Shown here: positions 40,747-42,362 of the stretch, piece by piece
Position numbering within the stretch: the stretch's first letter is position 1
Layout: every line of letters starts with the position of its first letter
From: an uncultured Candidatus Saccharibacteria bacterium
GTDB lineage: Bacteria; Patescibacteriota; Saccharimonadia; Saccharimonadales; Saccharimonadaceae
Direction of reading: 5' to 3'
Assembly (NCBI GenBank): GCA_946532885.1
Contig: CAMNBP010000001.1
Location: 1 to 42,362 of the forward strand
Length of the DNA: 42,362 bases
Notes under the pieces: generated by a model
The model's database searches: none
What the model was told of the DNA's origin: nothing
What the model saw: the letters and a program-made list of their open reading frames with translations, nothing else
Program-made: the position numbers and the translations under genes

Positions 40747-42362
40747 TTATTTCGAATTGCGCTTCTCGATGATTTCGGCAGCAATGTTCGGTGGCACCTC
40801 TTCGTAACCGAAGAGCTCCATCGTAGAAGCAGCACGACCCTGAGACATACCACGGAGATCCGAAGTATAGCCAAACATGTTTGCAAGTGGCACGAAGCCG
40901 GTGATAACCTTAATACCGTTTTCGCGATCCTCCATCGAATCAATGCGACCGCGGCGGGAGTTCAAATCGCCGATTACATCACCCATGAAATCTTCTGGGG
41001 TGGTGATTTCAATCTTCATGACTGGCTCAAGAAGAACTGGTTTAGCTTTCTTGATACCTTCGCGAGTAGCGAGCACACCGGCGAGGTGGAAGGCTAGTTC
41101 GCTAGAGTCAACATCGTGGTAAGAACCATCATAGAGAGTGGCCTTAACATCGAGTACTGGGTAACCAGCAATAACACCACCTTCGAGGGTTTCTTTGATA
41201 CCTTCCATGACTGGCTTGCGATATTCTAGAGGCACAACGCCACCCTTAATCATATCGACGAATTCAAAGCCCTTGCCAGCTTCGTTTGGCTCAAACTTGA
41301 CCCAAACATCACCGTACTGACCACGACCACCAGACTGTTTGATGTGCTTACCTTGAGCCTCGGCAGTGCCGCGGATGGTTTCACGGTAGGCAACTTGTGG
41401 CTCACCAGTGTTACATTCGACGTTAAATTCGCGTTTGAGACGATCGATAATAATATCCAAGTGAAGCTCGCCCATACCGGAAATAATGGTTTGACCGGAC
41501 TCTTCGTCGGTGTGGACCTTGAAGGTTGGGTCTTCTTCGGCTAGCTTACCGAGACCGATAGCCATCTTTTCCTGGTCGGCCTTAGACTTTGGCTCGACAG
41601 CGATGGATACTGGTGGATCTGGGAACTCAATAGATTCGAGGTGAATTGGATGAGCTGGATCACAGAGAGTGGTACCAGTGGTGGTATCTTTGAGACCAAC
41701 GACGGCAGCGATATCGCCAGCGCCGATTTCATCGATATCGTCACGCTTATCGGCGAACATACGAACGAGACGACCAACGCGCTCTTTGTCGCCGGTCGTA
41801 GCGTTAAGAACGTAAGAACCGGAAGTTAATTTACCAGAATAGACGCGAATAAAGATAAGCTTACCAACGAATGGGTCGGTTGCGATCTTGAAGGCCAATG
41901 CTGTCAATGGCTCTTTCTCGTCGCTGTGGCGAACAATGTCTTCGCCGGTCTTTGGATCTTTACCAAGAATGGCTGGGATATCCAATGGGGATGGCAAGAA
42001 ATCAGTAACGAGATCGAGGACCTTCTCAACGATCACGCCACGGCCGTCACCACCGGTAACCAAGAAGAACTGGCCATCGATAACGCGCTTGCGGAGAGCT
42101 TTCTTGAGTTCGTCCTCAGTAATAGCATCTTCGCCTTCATTGAAGTACTTTTCCATGAGTGCTTCATCGGCCTGGACGGCTTCCTCGACGAGCATTGAGC
42201 GATAATGTTTGGCTTTCTCAACCATGTCGGCTGGGATTTCACCAACGGTCAATTCGTGATCGGCGTAATCTTTGTAGGTGTAAGCCTTCATCGTGATAAG
42301 GTCAACGACACCGCAAATGTCTTTTTCGAAGCCGATTGGCAAGTGAATAGCAAACGCATTCT
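40747..42362 (-). CDS. fusA: Elongation factor G, C-terminal ~538 codons (5' end beyond the window)
   Basis: Frame stays open to the window edge (..NAFAIHLPIGFEKD..). EF-G domains II-V are recognisable (..GELHLDIIIDRLKREF.., ..SGGRGQYG..). Confidence 0.96.
   Translation of the reverse strand, partial: NAFAIHLPIGFEKDICGVVDLITMKAYTYKDYADHELTVGEIPADMVEKAKHYRSMLVEEAVQADEALMEKYFNEGEDAITEDELKKALRKRVIDGQFFLVTGGDGRGVIVEKVLDLVTDFLPSPLDIPAILGKDPKTGEDIVRHSDEKEPLTALAFKIATDPFVGKLIFIRVYSGKLTSGSYVLNATTGDKERVGRLVRMFADKRDDIDEIGAGDIAAVVGLKDTTTGTTLCDPAHPIHLESIEFPDPPVSIAVEPKSKADQEKMAIGLGKLAEEDPTFKVHTDEESGQTIISGMGELHLDIIIDRLKREFNVECNTGEPQVAYRETIRGTAEAQGKHIKQSGGRGQYGDVWVKFEPNEAGKGFEFVDMIKGGVVPLEYRKPVMEGIKETLEGGVIAGYPVLDVKATLYDGSYHDVDSSELAFHLAGVLATREGIKKAKPVLLEPVMKIEITTPEDFMGDVIGDLNSRRGRIDSMEDRENGIKVITGFVPLANMFGYTSDLRGMSQGRAASTMELFGYEEVPPNIAAEIIEKRNSK

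Noticed and set aside
25976-41097. Long plus-strand ORFs inside the ribosomal cluster (25976-26671, 30262-31158, 31395-31886, 32132-32764, 34327-35007, 38852-39391, 39395-40177, 40453-41097)
   Set aside because: Each lies antisense to a confidently identified r-protein, tuf or fusA gene. Their translations are low-complexity and hydrophobic or Ser/Ala-rich, with no start signals. These are typical shadow ORFs of strongly codon-biased genes.
508-42362. GATC avoidance as a footprint of the Sau3AI-like system
   Set aside because: GATC is easy to find by eye throughout (for example near 531, 917, 2667, 38071), so there is no obvious depletion. A proper observed/expected count would be needed, and methylation protection makes depletion unnecessary.
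1-42362. CRISPR arrays, rRNA genes, IS elements/transposases, integrases, prophage genes, toxin-antitoxin pairs
   Set aside because: I found no regularly spaced short repeats, no rRNA-like stretches, no DDE/tyrosine/serine recombinase motifs and no phage structural gene signatures on either strand.

Overview
42.4-kb window from a small-genome, moderately low-G+C bacterium. There is no rpmD between rpsE and rplO. There is also a prepilin gene, r-proteins with charged extensions and many leaderless-looking genes. I would expect this combination in a Patescibacteria/CPR (Saccharibacteria-like) genome, but that placement is inference. Layout: (i) 1-8.4 kb is an accessory region. It opens inside the 3' part of a tRNA (Ala-like). 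A Sau3AI-type restriction-modification cassette follows, bracketed by perfect 72-bp direct repeats. Next come three membrane proteins (zinc-ribbon or J-domain) and a FtsK-gamma + GIY-YIG gene pair. (ii) 8.4-18.4 kb is an envelope region: a prepilin, a convergent PlsC-type acyltransferase, and a tightly coupled seven-gene minus-strand operon. The operon encodes a repeat-rich surface protein, an acyl-AMP ligase, ACP, an Sfp-type PPTase, two GT8 glycosyltransferases and an acyltransferase. (iii) 18.4-42.4 kb is the str-S10-spc-alpha ribosomal super-cluster on the minus strand (fusA to rpsI). Four non-ribosomal guest genes interrupt it, three of them on the opposite strand with their own promoters and terminators. 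A sortase homologue that looks catalytically dead sits where adk/map normally lie. I saw no rRNA, CRISPR array, transposase or recombinase catalytic domain. All homology calls are by-eye motif recognition, not searches.
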